Positions 37,985 to 51,750 of a stretch of DNA of 64,000 nt are shown here, piece by piece. Every line of letters starts with the position of its first letter. Position 1 is the stretch's first letter. The position numbers and the translations under genes were made by a program. Source of the stretch: Marsupella aquatica (Eukaryota > Plantae > Marchantiophyta); the NCBI GenBank assembly GCA_973895155.1, contig OZ316897.1:1080515-1144514 (forward strand), in the 5' to 3' direction. The notes beneath the pieces are model-generated. The model saw nothing but the letters and a program-made list of their open reading frames with translations. It had not been told where the DNA came from and searched no databases.

Positions 37985-40290
37985 GTCACTTTGGTTGTTC
38001 AGGTTAGGAAGTTGCACTACAGACTGACTGTTTGGAGCTCTGCTCCCGCACGGATCCACTAGCAGGAACCCCGCCGGAACCTGGTCACTGGCCGGTCTTT
38101 AGGAGTGTGCTGCTCCGACTGTAGTTTCTAAATTACTTGTTTAGTTGCCCCTTATGGGCTCAGCTTTCTCCCTGGTCCCGGCCCCACCGGTTTCTGCACG
38201 CTGACCTCCGGTCCCTTGGGTTGGTGCCCTTTGTGGGCCCCCCCTTTTTGTATGTTGGCTATTTGAATGGAATTCATTTGGTTCTTTCGAGGCAAAAAAA
38301 AAAAAACTTTACTATGAAACTTAATCCAGTGGAACTGGACCGTTAAACCTTCCACCAACGGATCAAGTGATCTACCCGAGTGATCTACCCGAGTTAGATT
38401 GCTGACCTTGAACAAACAGATAAGCAGCTCGGAAAGCAGCTCCTAGTTTCGAATTGGCAACAGCAAACACACTCAAACCGACGACAGTTGAATTGCTCTT
38501 ATTGTATATTCTTGTATATCGAAGAAGCAAGAAAGACATAGCCGAACAGGCAGAGGTTGGAAAATAACGAAGAGTGTTGGGCTCTGCCGTGTGCGTGGGT
38601 TGCTTCGACCTCAACACACGGTTCCAACGTCGTTTTGTGACACACAAGAGGAGACCTTCACTCATTCGTCCAATTCGTCCAACATGATTGACATGACCAG
38701 TGAGGATATGAATTCACAAATAGGGGATACTTTTTGACTTCTGACGGAGAGAGAGTAAAAATATTCCAGTAGAAGACCTTTGTTCCCCTTGCAAGCTATT
38801 GGCACCCGACACTTTGGTAGGTTTCCCACGGGAAAGGCAAACATCTTTTGGAGAGAAAAAGAAAATTCTATGAATACAAAAAATATGTCGGGCGATGCAA
38901 AGAATATACAATGGGCGACAAACATAAATAAAGTTTAAATGATGGCTAAAAAGAAGCATTGTGATATAGGGTTGAATCACCTTAAACAACAAGTATCTGC
39001 ACTCACAAATGGAAAATGAAACACCTCACCTTCAAAAACACGAAAGATGGAAGGGGGTGGGCAAGGGTTCAACTTGGCCCCATAAACTTGACCAAAACCT
39101 AACAGAGAAACAAAAGATAACACCGCCCCCATCCCTCCAACATTATTAAAAAATAGGAAAACAAAGTGACTAAAATTAAAATTAAACTAATCAAAATAAT
39201 ATATGTATGCTCCTTATCATAAACCTCCCATCTAGGCTTTTGTAGGTGTCTCCTATGTAGTAAAGTATATGCGTATAGGTATAAGTGTATCACCTCTATC
39301 ATCATATTTTGATAAATCAATTTATTATTGTATGATATAATTCATACATGTAATGAACTCTAATAACCTATGGTACATAGCTCCCCTCCTCAGATAATAT
39401 GGAGTTCAAGGGCACCCCATTGTACACAATCCAATGGTGACAAAAAAGGCCCAAAATGTCTTTAGTGGCCATTTTTATTCACTGGCTTCACATATCATAG
39501 AAGTAGATTGAGAGACCTACAAATTACCAAGGTTGTCTATCTCCTTTTTTCGTTGGCCTCATCAATGCTAGATATACTCTGCAGAAAAAGAGGGTTTGGC
39601 TGACTTCCATCCGACCTGCAAAAAATCTATCAGAGCATTTTGGCTAACATGGAGGTCCATCTTGGTTTCAATTTCCATTCACCCTCTTCGTTTGAGTTTC
39701 GAGTTTGTCCTCGCTGGCCCTCCTCAAGTTTGACTGGGTTGTACGGTGTTTGGCACTTGTTAATAAATTAGTCTTTTTGGTTGTTCGAATGAAGATAAGA
39801 GGCATAGAGAGGACGATTTGACCAGATCACCACATGATATTTAATCAACCTTAGTCCTTTGTGTTGATTAGTCATCTTTTCTGCCTCAATTGCAGAGTGA
39901 TTTCTATGGATAGGCATACCCCAAGATAAAACCATAGCCCAACGCCATGAATTGTGTTCAAAGCTCTAAAATACAGAATCACAATTTGGCAATAGATCCT
40001 ACATCCCACTTCACAGACCCAATGCGAGGTATAGGCGGGTCAAGTATAACGAGTTGAAGTGTACTCCTGAACTCCTAATGTGCTCCAAGTCGTTCGCTTC
40101 TCTCGTAGACTAAAGATGCAGGCCCTAAAAGTGAAATTTCTCCACCCAGTGCCCATAAGATACGATCAAGTATCATGACACAAAAATGAGGACAAAACTT
40201 TGGCTCTGAAATTTCAACCTTGTATGTTGCACATCTGTGTTTGGGAGGTACACAACTTAGCCCCGCCCATATTCCCAAGAGAACTGTAAC

Positions 40291-43200
40291 TCAGGCCGTC
40301 ACCAGGTTGGGAGAAAATACACCATTCTGCTGGCCATTCGGGACATGTTTCATGCCTGTCTTCGCAGCCCTCCTTTGGGCATGCTCTTCGTAGTGAGCAA
40401 ACGCAGTATCAAGTGCCTTTCATCATATAAAAACAATTGTCTCATCATTCATTCTTCTTTAAGGGGACTGCAAGACCTGGTCCTGGTTAGAAGAAGTTGA
40501 ATAGCAAAAGACAAAGACGAGGCAAGAAGCAATTATAGCAGAAAAAACTCCAAAGAGCAGGCAAAATAAGACTAACCCTCCCTATGACGAATGAAAATTG
40601 CAAACTTGATAACAGACTCTCTGAAGACTTGGAATCGGGGCACTTGCATGTCGCACACCTGAAGCATGGGATGCACAAGCTGCGATATGTGATGCCGGTG
40701 TTCTGCAGGGGCTGCATCCTTGATGCTCTGCACTTTCAATGTGTTATTTCCTTCATCATTTAACTTGAAGAGTAGGCTTGTCAGTAGAGAGGCCAACAGT
40801 AACAGGTTTCGGTTGTAAGTTCATTTTCCCTAGGAAGCAACTCAAAGCCGTCATAACCTCCTAATACTTTGATAACCCCTGGTACGCTTACAACCAGTTC
40901 TGCAATTTGCCGTTTTACGACAACAAAATCTGACAAACCCATCCTCTTACAAGTAATTAAACAGTGAACCATACATTCGCAGCCATCACATTTTGGAGTA
41001 CAACCAACGAGCGTTTTACAAGAAGAGAAGACGCTTGTATATGCACCTGGACTCGACTGTAATGTTGTGACATTGCCTCCTTCAGCCGGTTAACCTAGAC
41101 AGGGCAATTAAAATAGGGGCGTCATACATCAGATTAAAGCAGCTGCTATTCCGAAAGACCATACAATCTGTTGTGCGAGCTTTTAAGAGGGTAACAAGAT
41201 CTATAACTACAAAAAGATTCCTTCAACCCTGGTATAGATCTTCCACGAGATCAAGTTAGAAAAGGCTAAAAAGGTCTCTCACCTTATTTACAAGAGCAGG
41301 TGAGGTCAAAGGATATGATGCCCAAAAATGCCGGAGCAGTTCATTTCCCGTCGCTGATTGCTGCATTGTTAACAACGTTCGCATCAGTATCTCACATAGG
41401 CGATAAGCTATTCGTATCTCAGCAGGGCTTTTAGAATCAAATATGAGATTCTCATGAACAACGTAGGGCTCATCTATCCCTTGAGTATCTTCTCTTCAAT
41501 ACGCTTGGGTACCTGATGTGCACGCTTGTGGTCAATCTACCTTAGTATACTGTGTTTGCTGACTGTTTATTTGCTGACTGTTTGATCATTGCAGCTTTTC
41601 TGGGTAGACTATGTACAGTACTGGTCATAGGATGCTGTGTAGATTAAAATGGCTGTCATTCGTTCAATTTAGCTTTACCTGTAGTATCTCATCTTTCATT
41701 GCCCGAGGAAGATTGTCCAGCACGTTTTTTTCCGCAGTTTTGCCCAAAGTATACCTGGTAGAAGATGCATCTCTATTCAGGTCATTCATAACCTGTCGCA
41801 ACACAAGTCCGAACTCACCAGAATTAAAAGGAGCAATCTTGCATCCTCGGAGAAAAGACTGCTATGTTGTGCAACCAGATCAGGGCCTAGAAAATGAGTA
41901 TAGATTCAAGCTAGGTTGATAATTGAATTAAAAGGTAAGACAGCGAGCAGATTTATGGCTTATCTTGGGATTTAGACTTACTTTCAAAGCTACTTCTGGT
42001 GTCATCACTGTCTCAGGCAATCCGTTTCTTTCGAATGCAGCTAACTGTTCATGAAAGCATTCTAATGCCTCTGAAGGGTCGGATTAAGTTGGTCCTTGTG
42101 GTCCAGCATCTCCAGTAGCACCAGCCTGTTGTGACTCGAAGTATTTTCGGGGATCCTGCATCAGAAAGAATAAAATGACCTCAAAGACCAGATCTCCAAT
42201 TTCCTGCAAGCACAGCCTGTACGAGGCAGCCAAAGTGCAGCTCGTGAAAAAATAGAATAGACTAAAGCCACGGGCACGGAAAAGTAATGCAAGCTACATA
42301 AGAGCTTGGTCTCGCTATCTAGCGATTTCCCCAGGTTACACAACCCTGATCCTTGAAGGCAATACCTTTCTCCACCGACAAAGGAAGCTAAGTAAGGAGG
42401 CAGTTAAAAAAGCTTCGCGTTAAACGGTTGGAGCAAAACGATAGCATCAAAATCCACTTCAACGGATTAGCCACCGTCATGGACAGAGAGAATACAGACC
42501 TGGATGCAAAGAGGAACCAGTTCAGGCTCATGCGGTCCTTCTAAATCTTCATTCACCGTCATTTGGTGTATTCTCTCCAACCGTCGTTTTTTAAAATCAA
42601 CTGTATTCTTCTCTGCCTCAACTGTTCACATTACAAAGGCATCTACGTCAGAACATCCCCATTCAATATCCGACGACTCGCAGAACCAAGGTAAGAGACC
42701 CTGCAGCAAACCTCAAAAACCAATTGTGTCTGACGGCAATGTAAAGACTTTGTGCAACGCTCACAAACAACCCACGATACTACTGACAGCCTCACCTTGC
42801 TGAGCGATAGCAAGTGCCTGTGCCACTGATGCGGTGTCCTTCGCATTCTGTAATGCATCTGACAGGTGACAAGAATCAACACTTCAGACGTTAAAAATAC
42901 GAGTGGCAGAGGTTCACTTCGCAAACCAGATAAAAACATGTGCGACTATTAAGAAATAAACGTTTTTCAGACGTCCAAATGTCTGAACACAGCATGAACA
43001 TGAGACGGGAATCACACAACCTAGCGGACAGCCGTCAAGGACTACAGCAGCATGTCTATTTATGTCGTTCATAATGCTCCTCTTCCTTGGCGCTGTACCC
43101 ATTTCCTCGGGCTCCTTATTTCCATCTCTTAGGATCCCATGCCCCTACAGGTCGCAGATATTTGCACTAGTTAAAAGGACAGCACTTACTACACCAAGCT

Positions 43201-46200
43201 GCAAGAGGGTTGGCAATGTTGCTATTACACCCCTAACGGTCGGTCAGTGTACACGGTCATCAAATGTGAGAGCAATCAACGTTGGGGAACAGGTACTTGT
43301 TTCAGTATTCCTAGAACCTTTGGACATGAGAGCGTAGTATCAACCATGCATCTCCACAAAATTGCCTCATAACATGCTCATGAAACAAACTGGACCGTTT
43401 ACTGACAGATTCCACACATCAGGCACAGCTAATTACTTCATCACGTTAGAGGAGTACTATTATAAATGATGTGTACGACAAACGTTAGTGCCCAGACATT
43501 GAAGTCCGGACCTCCATTATATCAGACCAAAGTTCTAGGGAAAATTCAGGTTGCAAACTACATTGCGCTTATACAGGAAATTTAGAAACGACATTACCGG
43601 CAAGTGTGTGTAGTCGTCTGCTAAGTCTGCTTCCATGTCCAGTGTCGGGTCCACCTTTTTAATCTGTCATCAAGGAAGCTCGAATTATGTGGGAGGTTGA
43701 AGTAAAACCTAGGAGCTAAACTGCTCCATACTGCAGTGATCATTTCAAAACTGAGCTGATCCTCAAACAGACTCCTCTCAACGATCTTGGAGATCGTGTA
43801 GAAGAGCACGGGTCTGCAGTATAGCTATGCAAACGTAAGATTATAAGAGGCCCTCGTAAGGTTAGACACCAAATGGCTGTATCTCATCATTTAGTAAATT
43901 ATAAGCAAAACGATCTCCCTAAACCAGACAACTACCTTTCGCTGCGATTCACTCAAAATGATGTCATCCTCCTTTGTAAAGAGTGCAAGATCCTCATCGT
44001 CTGCTGCCTCAGCTGCTGCAGCTGCTTGGTTTTTGGTTCTATAGAGGTACTCCGCTCTACAATACTTTGTCCAAAACTCGACCTCACTCATCTGCACAAT
44101 TTCCAACAGGGAAAATCCCATTTCAATCATTTTCAAACACACCGTGTGGTATTAACTGTGTTATTAACTGTAGTGAGCACCCCAGAATAGAATCTGGGAG
44201 AAAGAGTCAAAGCAATGCCCTACTCTGGAAGACTGACTCCAAGGACAACACCAAAGAATGTCAAACGCTTCAAAGACAAATCAGTTAATCGAAGGTGAAA
44301 GTTCTAACTCAACTCCTCCAACTTCAAGCAGAAAATTCGAAGCAAAATCGGCCTATAGCCAAGAACCACAGCATTGATCTCCTATGATGATCTCGAGGAC
44401 AATATTTAGGAGCATGCCTTGTTTGGAACGTTCAATAGGAAGGCACGATGCACCGCTGGCTTCTCCGCAAAAATCTGCAAACGAACATCATGGAAGTATC
44501 GCGATATTACTCAAGCTCCTTAAATATAGAGTCCCCAACAAGCTTTATTAGACACAATGAGCAAACTGCTCAAGTGAGAAGCTATTGTAAACCAGATCAA
44601 TCCAACTAACGATTAGCGACCCAAAACATTTAAGGACTTGCATGTAACGTTAGACTCCTTTCTGGCCAGACCAAGCTCAAGACGTAGTCAAATTATTTGC
44701 ACTTGCGCTGCCTTGGGTCTAGACCGAATACCTGATGAATGATCTCTGGCGTGAGATTAAATGTGACTTTGTTGGTCTGCAGTGAACAAACTCTAGCATC
44801 ATCAAACTGCCTGAGAAGGAGATCGCACGAACGCAGATGCCTGCATATTACAAAAGAAAAAGATACAATTGACCATGTTCTGTTCTATGAAGCAAACCTC
44901 AATTTTTGGATCAAAGTTTCTGAAGCCAAGCGTGGGGCTACAAAAGTATACTTACTCGTCCATCGGTCAACGGACGAACATCTGCAAGCATGGCGCTCTT
45001 GAGACCTGTTCTTTGTTTTGGAGCTCGAGCTTCATCATCATCTAGCATATGCTGCACTCCCACCAATTGTGTCAGGAAGCCGCATTTGACCACCATCCTT
45101 CATTACTTAGTGACAGTACTTTCCACATAGTTGTCTATAAACAATTGTCTCAAGAACCATGGATCTGCTGGTCAGGAAATTTACTGCACAAGTCATCAAA
45201 GCCTCCCAGAAGATATTCATGACAAGGGAGCCAGACAAGCCAAAAAACAGATAACCTACGTGACATAGAAAGCTCTAATGGACTTGCAAGAATCAAGCCC
45301 AAGATTCAGATATACACTACAAAATCATTTTGCAGATCACTATTGGGCCCATAAATTGCGAAGTTCCAGCAACATCGTGATTTCTCATTTCCAAGTTCCC
45401 CACTTCTAGGATCAAAATTAACCTGACGACACGTTAAGATCATTTTCAAGATCGGCGAACTTCGTGAAAGAAGCAGAATTTAAGCTATGGTGATTCAGAC
45501 AATTTGAGTCATCAACCTTTCTCGCATTCCAAAAGTCTGCTTCTGAGAGAACTCCGCCGATAACGAGTTGCGAATGCAACTTCTGCAACTCACTGCCAGA
45601 TTTATGCCACAATGAGCGTCTTTCAAAAACAATTTAGACACGCACATAGTATCCATTCGCACTATCGTTCATAGGATGATCCATATCCAACGTTCATGCA
45701 ATTGATCCAAGATCAAATTTCACTTCAACGAAGGAGAATCACAGCCACCAATCCTACCTTCCTTTCGCAAACTCCGTTGTCCTAGCATCACTCTTCCAAG
45801 TATATTTAACTTACCTGTCTGTCTGCAACAGTTTCATCCGGCGCTCCATTTCAGCCTGATCAAATTGATCAAGTTGATGAGACAAGGAGGCCCCAGATGG
45901 CTTTGCAGGTTGACCTCCGGCTTGTATTGTTGTAGACGACTTGGAAGGCTGTCCCCCAGCCTGTACTCCAGATCCATTTTGCTTTCCAAGAATTTTGGCT
46001 ACAAGCACAATAAATCAACTTGTATAGTTGCCACTACGGAATCAGGTGTAACTCATAACATGACTCCTACTAAGCTCCACAGGACTAACAAGAGGAGAGA
46101 AGTGTAAGTTTAAGTAATTATGTGCACAGTTTCAAGTATTCTAGGCTGCATATCAGAGAGAAAACGTAAGAACTTATTTGGTCCCAGAAAACGAGGTGCG

Positions 46201-47590
46201 CTGCTCTTAAACAATACAATCCAAAGAGAGTCCTGTCAATAGGTTCTGAAACAGGACTCACCAACGTGGTCCCGGCAAATATCTCTGTCCGGAAAACCAT
46301 CAAATTCAAAGACGAAACCATCAGCCTGCAAACATGAACAAGGACGAGTACCATCACGCCTAAGCACATTAGGTTCCCAACTGACGACATATAATCAAAT
46401 CAGACCAACAAAGGGTGAAGTTACGACAGTCCGTTTTCGTGGCACAATTTTAGAAGTTTTAGCAATCCGTACGGCAGGCTTGCCAAGTTGCTTGCATACC
46501 TTCGCATCTCCCCCTTTTGACAAATTTAACAGTGCCTTCTTGGTACCCTTGTTGAAGAAATGAGCTGGCACAAGCACTTCTACATTGTAAGAAACCATAA
46601 AGCACATCTCACTTTGCAGAGTCTGGTAAACGAACAGTATCTAATATACTCTCAAGCTAAACCCTAAACCCTTGTCATCCCCTGCTGAAGAAGCAAGAGA
46701 GGGTCAGCAATTAGAGCACTATGCTGGCAATCCAAAAACAAGTGCCACGAGGAGCAGATTCAAAATCTCCTTTCCAATGCTAAATCTGCATATCACCTTT
46801 GATTATTAAAAAAGGATGATCCACCGGAGTCGATATTTTTGGATCATTAGACATCCATTTGAATCGTGTCTCCGTCTGGAAAGACCATATCACAATCAGA
46901 AACAATACTGCATCGCCCCATGTGCCAAAAATTCCTTTCTTGCAATGCAAGTCCATCTGTTTTCAACACCTTAATTATGAGGCTCTACTATCTCGTCAAG
47001 GGAACCGCTACCATTGTCAATGCACAAAGAACACAGTCATGGGTACGGGCACCGATTTCTTCTTATATCCCTCCACCATTATTTCAAACATTCGGTACCC
47101 GTTTTGCACGTATCCCTTCGACCATAAATTTCCTAGACAAGTAAGGAAACTGAGAGTATCAAGAGGGAGAAGGCTGGCAGCACATCTGAGCCAGGAATCA
47201 TGAACTAAACAGCTCCTAGACCTAGTTAGATCCTGGTTGTTCGAGTGAAGGATTGGAGCGGGAAATGCATGAGTCCATGAACGTCCTAAAGTTTGAAGGA
47301 ATTCAACAGAATGATTGGAAGACACAGAGAGGTTATTGAAGTGAGAATAGAAGCACGAATGACAACAACGAAGGCATGAATGAATGGGATTCAAAGTCGA
47401 CGAGGAGCCCAAAGGACCACAAGACCAGCAATGTAGAAGAGGGAGACAGACACAGAGGGAGGAAGAGAGAAAGAGGAACGGAGAGGCGGAGAGGCGGAGA
47501 GGCGGAGACCATCATAAGGACGCCAGGGATGACTGGGCCCTTCTTGACAGGCGCGTACTTCGCTCTCACGGTCAGCACCGCGGGGTCCAT
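40291..47590 (-). CDS. TFB1: General transcription and DNA repair factor IIH subunit TFB1/p62 (PH-like + BSD domains), multi-exon
   Basis: Exon 1 reads MDPAVLTVRAKY..PGVLMM (47590-47510). Later exons: FVFEFDGFPDRDICRDHV; AEMERRMKLLQ; SELQKLHSQLVIGGVLSEADFW; TNKVTFNLTPEIIHQ; IFAEKPAVHRAFL.NVPNK; MSEVEFWTKYCRAEYL; DINRHAAVVLDG; NELLRHFWASYP. Last exon 40416-40291 reads ALDTAFAHY...TA*. Confidence 0.95.
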
Positions 47591-48212
47591 GACTTGATCG
47601 CCGTCGCTGCCGCAGCCAGATTGACAAGATTATCCACAATTCGCAGAAACCTGTAGCATTGTAATGCTGAATCTCGATAGTCTTCACGGGGTCGAGAGGG
47701 TTCGTCAGCAGCTACAAGCACCCACGGAAATCAAAAACCCAAAACCCTTACTAAGTCTGCTCGGGTGGATTTCACAAGCTAACGGCTTAGGCGATCTTGA
47801 GACCGTGTGGCTCAGATGGTGGTCCGTGATCTGGCCTTTCTCCATTGCTTCGCACAACTGTTTCGACTGCCCTTGGAGCCTTAACTACATCCTCCTGCCT
47901 CGATGGTCCCCCTCGATAGTATTCGTGTATTGAGAGCGACTAAACTAACGGGCAAACCACAAAATGTGCTTCTCTGAGCCTCTCAACTGCATGATAGTCA
48001 ATACAAGAATGTCGGGCCTGATGTCGAACTACAGCTTACTATGACACGATCCCAGGCTTCAAGTAGTTAGGTCATTCAAATTGTTGGCAGATGATGCCGT
48101 CATCTTTATTTAGCGATCAGATTGGAATACATCATCAATCCGATACAGCGTACCGGTCCATGAACAAAATCTTGGCGTGGATGTCCATGACACCCACTCG
48201 TAAAAGCATCCA

Positions 48213-48326
48213 TCATTGAGTATCAAATTTGGGGTCCGCTACCACATAGTGGTAAGCCACCACCAACACAAATATGGAGATCCCCAAAAAGTTGGCGAAG
48301 AAGCCCAAGTCCTGATCGTCGATCAT
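48213..48326 (-). CDS. OST4: Oligosaccharyltransferase subunit OST4 (37 aa)
   Basis: [37 protein letters not shown], nearly identical to plant OST4. The ATG directly follows an acceptor (CCGCAG|ATG) of a likely 5'UTR intron with donor GTAAGT at ~48927. Confidence 0.97.
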   Translation of the reverse strand: MIDDQDLGFFANFLGISIFVLVVAYHYVVADPKFDTQ

Positions 48327-49711
48327 CTGCGGAAAATATCCGATACATCACTTATCAGGAACAGCACTGCACGAAGAAAGGAACATAGAACGCAGCTGTG
48401 AAGAAACAACAAATCAGCAAGGGGAAAGATCGCGGAACAGGGAACAGCGTCTAAAACTGCTAGGCTCCAGAACTCTTCTCCGAATTTTTCGTGAAGTTCT
48501 AAGCCCTACTCGACCTGTTCCAAAGTAAAGTCCAATCGGGGGATTGCTCTGAAACAGCACGACCTAGCAACCCGAAGAAGTGCGAAAACCGATACCAAAC
48601 GAAGCAAACCGAGGATGAAGGAATTCCAAATCCAATTGGACCCAAGAGAGGTGGCTGAAATACAGCAAAAAGCAGCACATGCCAATGCCAGGAAATGACT
48701 AAACCATAGCAGAACCTGATTCACAAAACATCGAACCCGCAATTCATTCACTCGTTCTCATTCACAACAGCAGAGATGAATTCCACCACAACCCTGTCCC
48801 GATCACTGGGAATTGAGGGACAATACAGACGCGTCACTGACACAGAAAAAGAGATATCTGGACCAAAAAAAACAGAAGAGGAAGAAGAGATGACCTCCAA
48901 GAATGAATCTGAGAGAAGGAGACTTACATTGCTGGGCGGGGAGGGGAAGAGCAAGGTGGATTGCAGACCAACGTTCGTTCCTTCTTTCTTGAGTTTCTCC
49001 CTTCGTCTTGCCGATCTGGGAATGTCTCTCTGTTTGTGGCTTGTCACGTTAATAATACTCTGAAGGAAAAGCACTCTGCTGGAGGAAGGAGAAAGGACGG
49101 CGAGCAAGGGCGGCTACTAGCACGATCCGGTTCCATGCGTGAGGGGCTGGACTAAATTAAGGGCCACCTCGTATGTGGGCAGCCCTGAAGAATTCGGCAC
49201 TCAATTTGACTCATGCCAGCATATGATAGGTCATGAGCCCTACACCCGTGCATTGCACGGTGCAAGGAGGGCCGGCCGTGTTTATTTTTTGCTTGTAAAG
49301 TGACTTGATATTTTGTCCATCCAATTCTTGACATGAGCAATTTTATGGGAGTTGGTAGACACATTTTGGCGGAACAACCATAACCTTTCATCAAGGCTTC
49401 AAAAAGAGGTGCGTTTCTCTTTTTGATGGGGTTCAATTAGTGTGATTGCTAAAACTGTTCTCTTGTATAGCTAAATCAATGCATGCACTCTATTCTATAC
49501 TTTCAAATCTAATTTTCACACACATAATATATATCATAACCGTGTTTATTTTAAAATAAATGATGAAAAAGTTAAAAATTATAGCATTATCCGAAAGTAT
49601 TAGTATATTATATATATTCCACAACACTTCAACCTTTTATTTGAATACAATCTTAACAAACCTGTTAAGAATAGAGTCCAAGTGTTTAGGCAAAGCCTGG
49701 TACTTTGGATA

Positions 49712-50366
49712 AGAGTCATGATAAATGATGAGTATTGGTTTTATGTTGTGGCAAACTTGGGTCGGAGCAGGCAAAAACAAGTGAAGGGTGTCAGAACATA
49801 AACTCGAAGTCGATGGCACAAAGTTGATCGAGCCGGGGCATGTGCCAATATGGTAGAGTTTTGGTTCATGTTCTGGCAAACTCGGGCCGGAGTGGGCAGG
49901 ACTGGGACAGGCAGTGTATGGGGTCCCAAGAAGATCGGGGAGCATTAACGCGGTGTAGATTTAACGCGCGGTTGTGTAGGCCTGAGCTTTCATTGCAGAA
50001 TTCAAGACATCACATGAGACATTCAATGTGCTCCACTGAAAGACATTCAATGTGCTGCACTGAAAGACATTGCCATAATTAAGAATTTTGTGCTTCTATT
50101 GGAAGGGAAGTTTGACTTGAGGTACATTATGAGAAACCTTGTTTTAGACTTGAAGAGTGACAATATTCAGAGGGTACTAAAGCAACACCCATCCACACAT
50201 TTGACCTTGAGTCCCTATTCTTGATTGTAAATGCATTGGTTTTATAATGTACCAATTAATGCACCGCAATTTGAAGGCATTGCCAAATCTACTTGTCAGC
50301 TTAGGATGAACAAATAGGAGGGAAAACAATGGAAAACTGAAAAGCCACATTTGAGATAACCAAAAA
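49712..50366. repeat. ~650 bp direct repeat, copy 1 (copy 2 at 60535-61216)
   Basis: Shared from AGAGTCATGATAAAT to TTGAGATAACCAAAAA; the 3' half is nearly identical and includes the internal AGACATTCAATGTGCT.CACTGAA doublet. Confidence 0.92.
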
Positions 50367-50816
50367 AGGATAAAAAGTGGGATAGAAAAGGGAAAAAGAA
50401 AATAACCCTTTGGATGTGTTGTGATTGAGATATATGTTTTTGGGTGAATTTTTTGAATTTTCTATTCAATTGACAAATTTTTGAAATAACCATGGGTAGA
50501 AAGAAACTCTTCATGAGTCATCCAACTGGAGTTGAACCATGAGAGTCGTACTCCAGAGCCTCTAGTCCTATTCTGACCCAGATCTAGATTTGTGAAGCGC
50601 ATGGCACGTGAAAATTTCCTTACGCGCATAAATTGAGTGCAAAGGCTAGTACATCAAAGGGAAGCATCCCAAGGAATGCCAAATACCCTACAAATGATCA
50701 AACCAACCAGCTAGAATAGATACAAGCCAGGTAACTGTACTTAATCTATGGACATCGGAACGCTGCATAAAGTTAAAAAGGAATCAATTTATGTTCGAGT
50801 GCAGGGCACAAGACCT

Positions 50817-51750
50817 CCTTGTCAAAGCTTTCATCACAGTACAATCAAGGAGGAGACACAAAGGAACTGGAAAATGGGGAGGAGGCACAAAAATTATATA
50901 TATCAAACTGCCCTTGTCAAAGCTTTCATCACAGTACAATCAAGGAGGAGACACAAAGGAACTGGAAAATGGGGAGGAGGCACAAAAAATATATATATCA
51001 AACTGCCAAAAAGTATGAAGGGTTGAACCGGGAGACATGAACCCACGGGCCAAAAACCCATTCAAGGGGGGACAAGAAAAAGGCCAAAAAGCTGAAAAGA
51101 GTGGGCACTAGTCCGGTGTAAGGAAAACAAAAGACACACAAACCGAAACTCTACCTATCGCAAACTGAAGACCCTGGTAGAGCTTGGGCGTAAACTGCAT
51201 AGGAGGGTCAAGCAAGGGAATCCAACTAGATGCCCGGATTCCAACTGCCTCTCCCCTACGGAGAAAGGGGAGGGAGGAGGATAGAGGTGGATTTGTCCGC
51301 TGTAATCCTCACGCATGCCCCTCATCCTCCCACCCTTAGGCTAGTACTTTTTGCAAACAATTGCACAAAGTCCAACCATGATCTACCCAGTCAATTTGAC
51401 GTTTGTGACAATTGCCAAAGACTACTAAGGGAAGCTGAAATTATTTATTATAATGTCAAGTAGGTAAATCTGCCACTTTTTTGTATGAAAGCCCAGGCAG
51501 AGGAGAAAAAGACTTGATAAGCTCTTCCAGGGAAACCCATCACTAGGCCCCTAGTAGCTTTCAAAAATGATTGCTAGGCCGGCTTTCTCATCATGGATGT
51601 GGTCACTATTGTGGTCAGGAATTCCGTGACTCCAACATGGTACAACCACACCAAGTACTCTAATCAACCTCCAAATGTAGTACTCCTGATGTGCTCGTGC
51701 ACTTATTCTGGTACTCTGCAAGGGTACAGTCTCTCCAAACACAATTTGAT
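50817..51750 (-). mobile_element. Decayed, 5'-truncated LINE 3' end with a ~95-bp tandem duplication (50817-51008)
   Basis: Minus-strand EYYIWRLI... resembles the ORF2 C-terminus, followed by a LINE-like 3'UTR. CCTTGTCAAAGCTTTCATCACAGTACAATCAAGGAGGAG... occurs twice. Confidence 0.4.

Larger units (their letters stand above)
31354..38304 (+). mobile_element. Full-length LINE (L1/Tx1-like non-LTR retrotransposon), ~6.95 kb
   Basis: Flanked by the 16-bp TSD AACTTTACTATGAAAC (31338-31353 and 38305-38320), with a poly(A) tail from 38294 and both ORF1 and ORF2. The empty site is present at 56189-56204. Confidence 0.97.
27149..38765. repeat. Copy A of the inverted segmental duplication (~4.7 kb plus LINE insertion)
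   Basis: Reverse-complement match to 55775-60516 throughout 27149-31353 and 38321-38765. Ends: AGGACCGATTAGCTTTATTTGACC and CTGACGGAGAGAGAGTAAAAAT. Confidence 0.95.

Noticed and set aside
46658-46672. TAAACCCTAAACCCT telomere-like motif
   Set aside because: Only two units inside an intron; at most a telo-box, and not supportable as an interstitial telomere.
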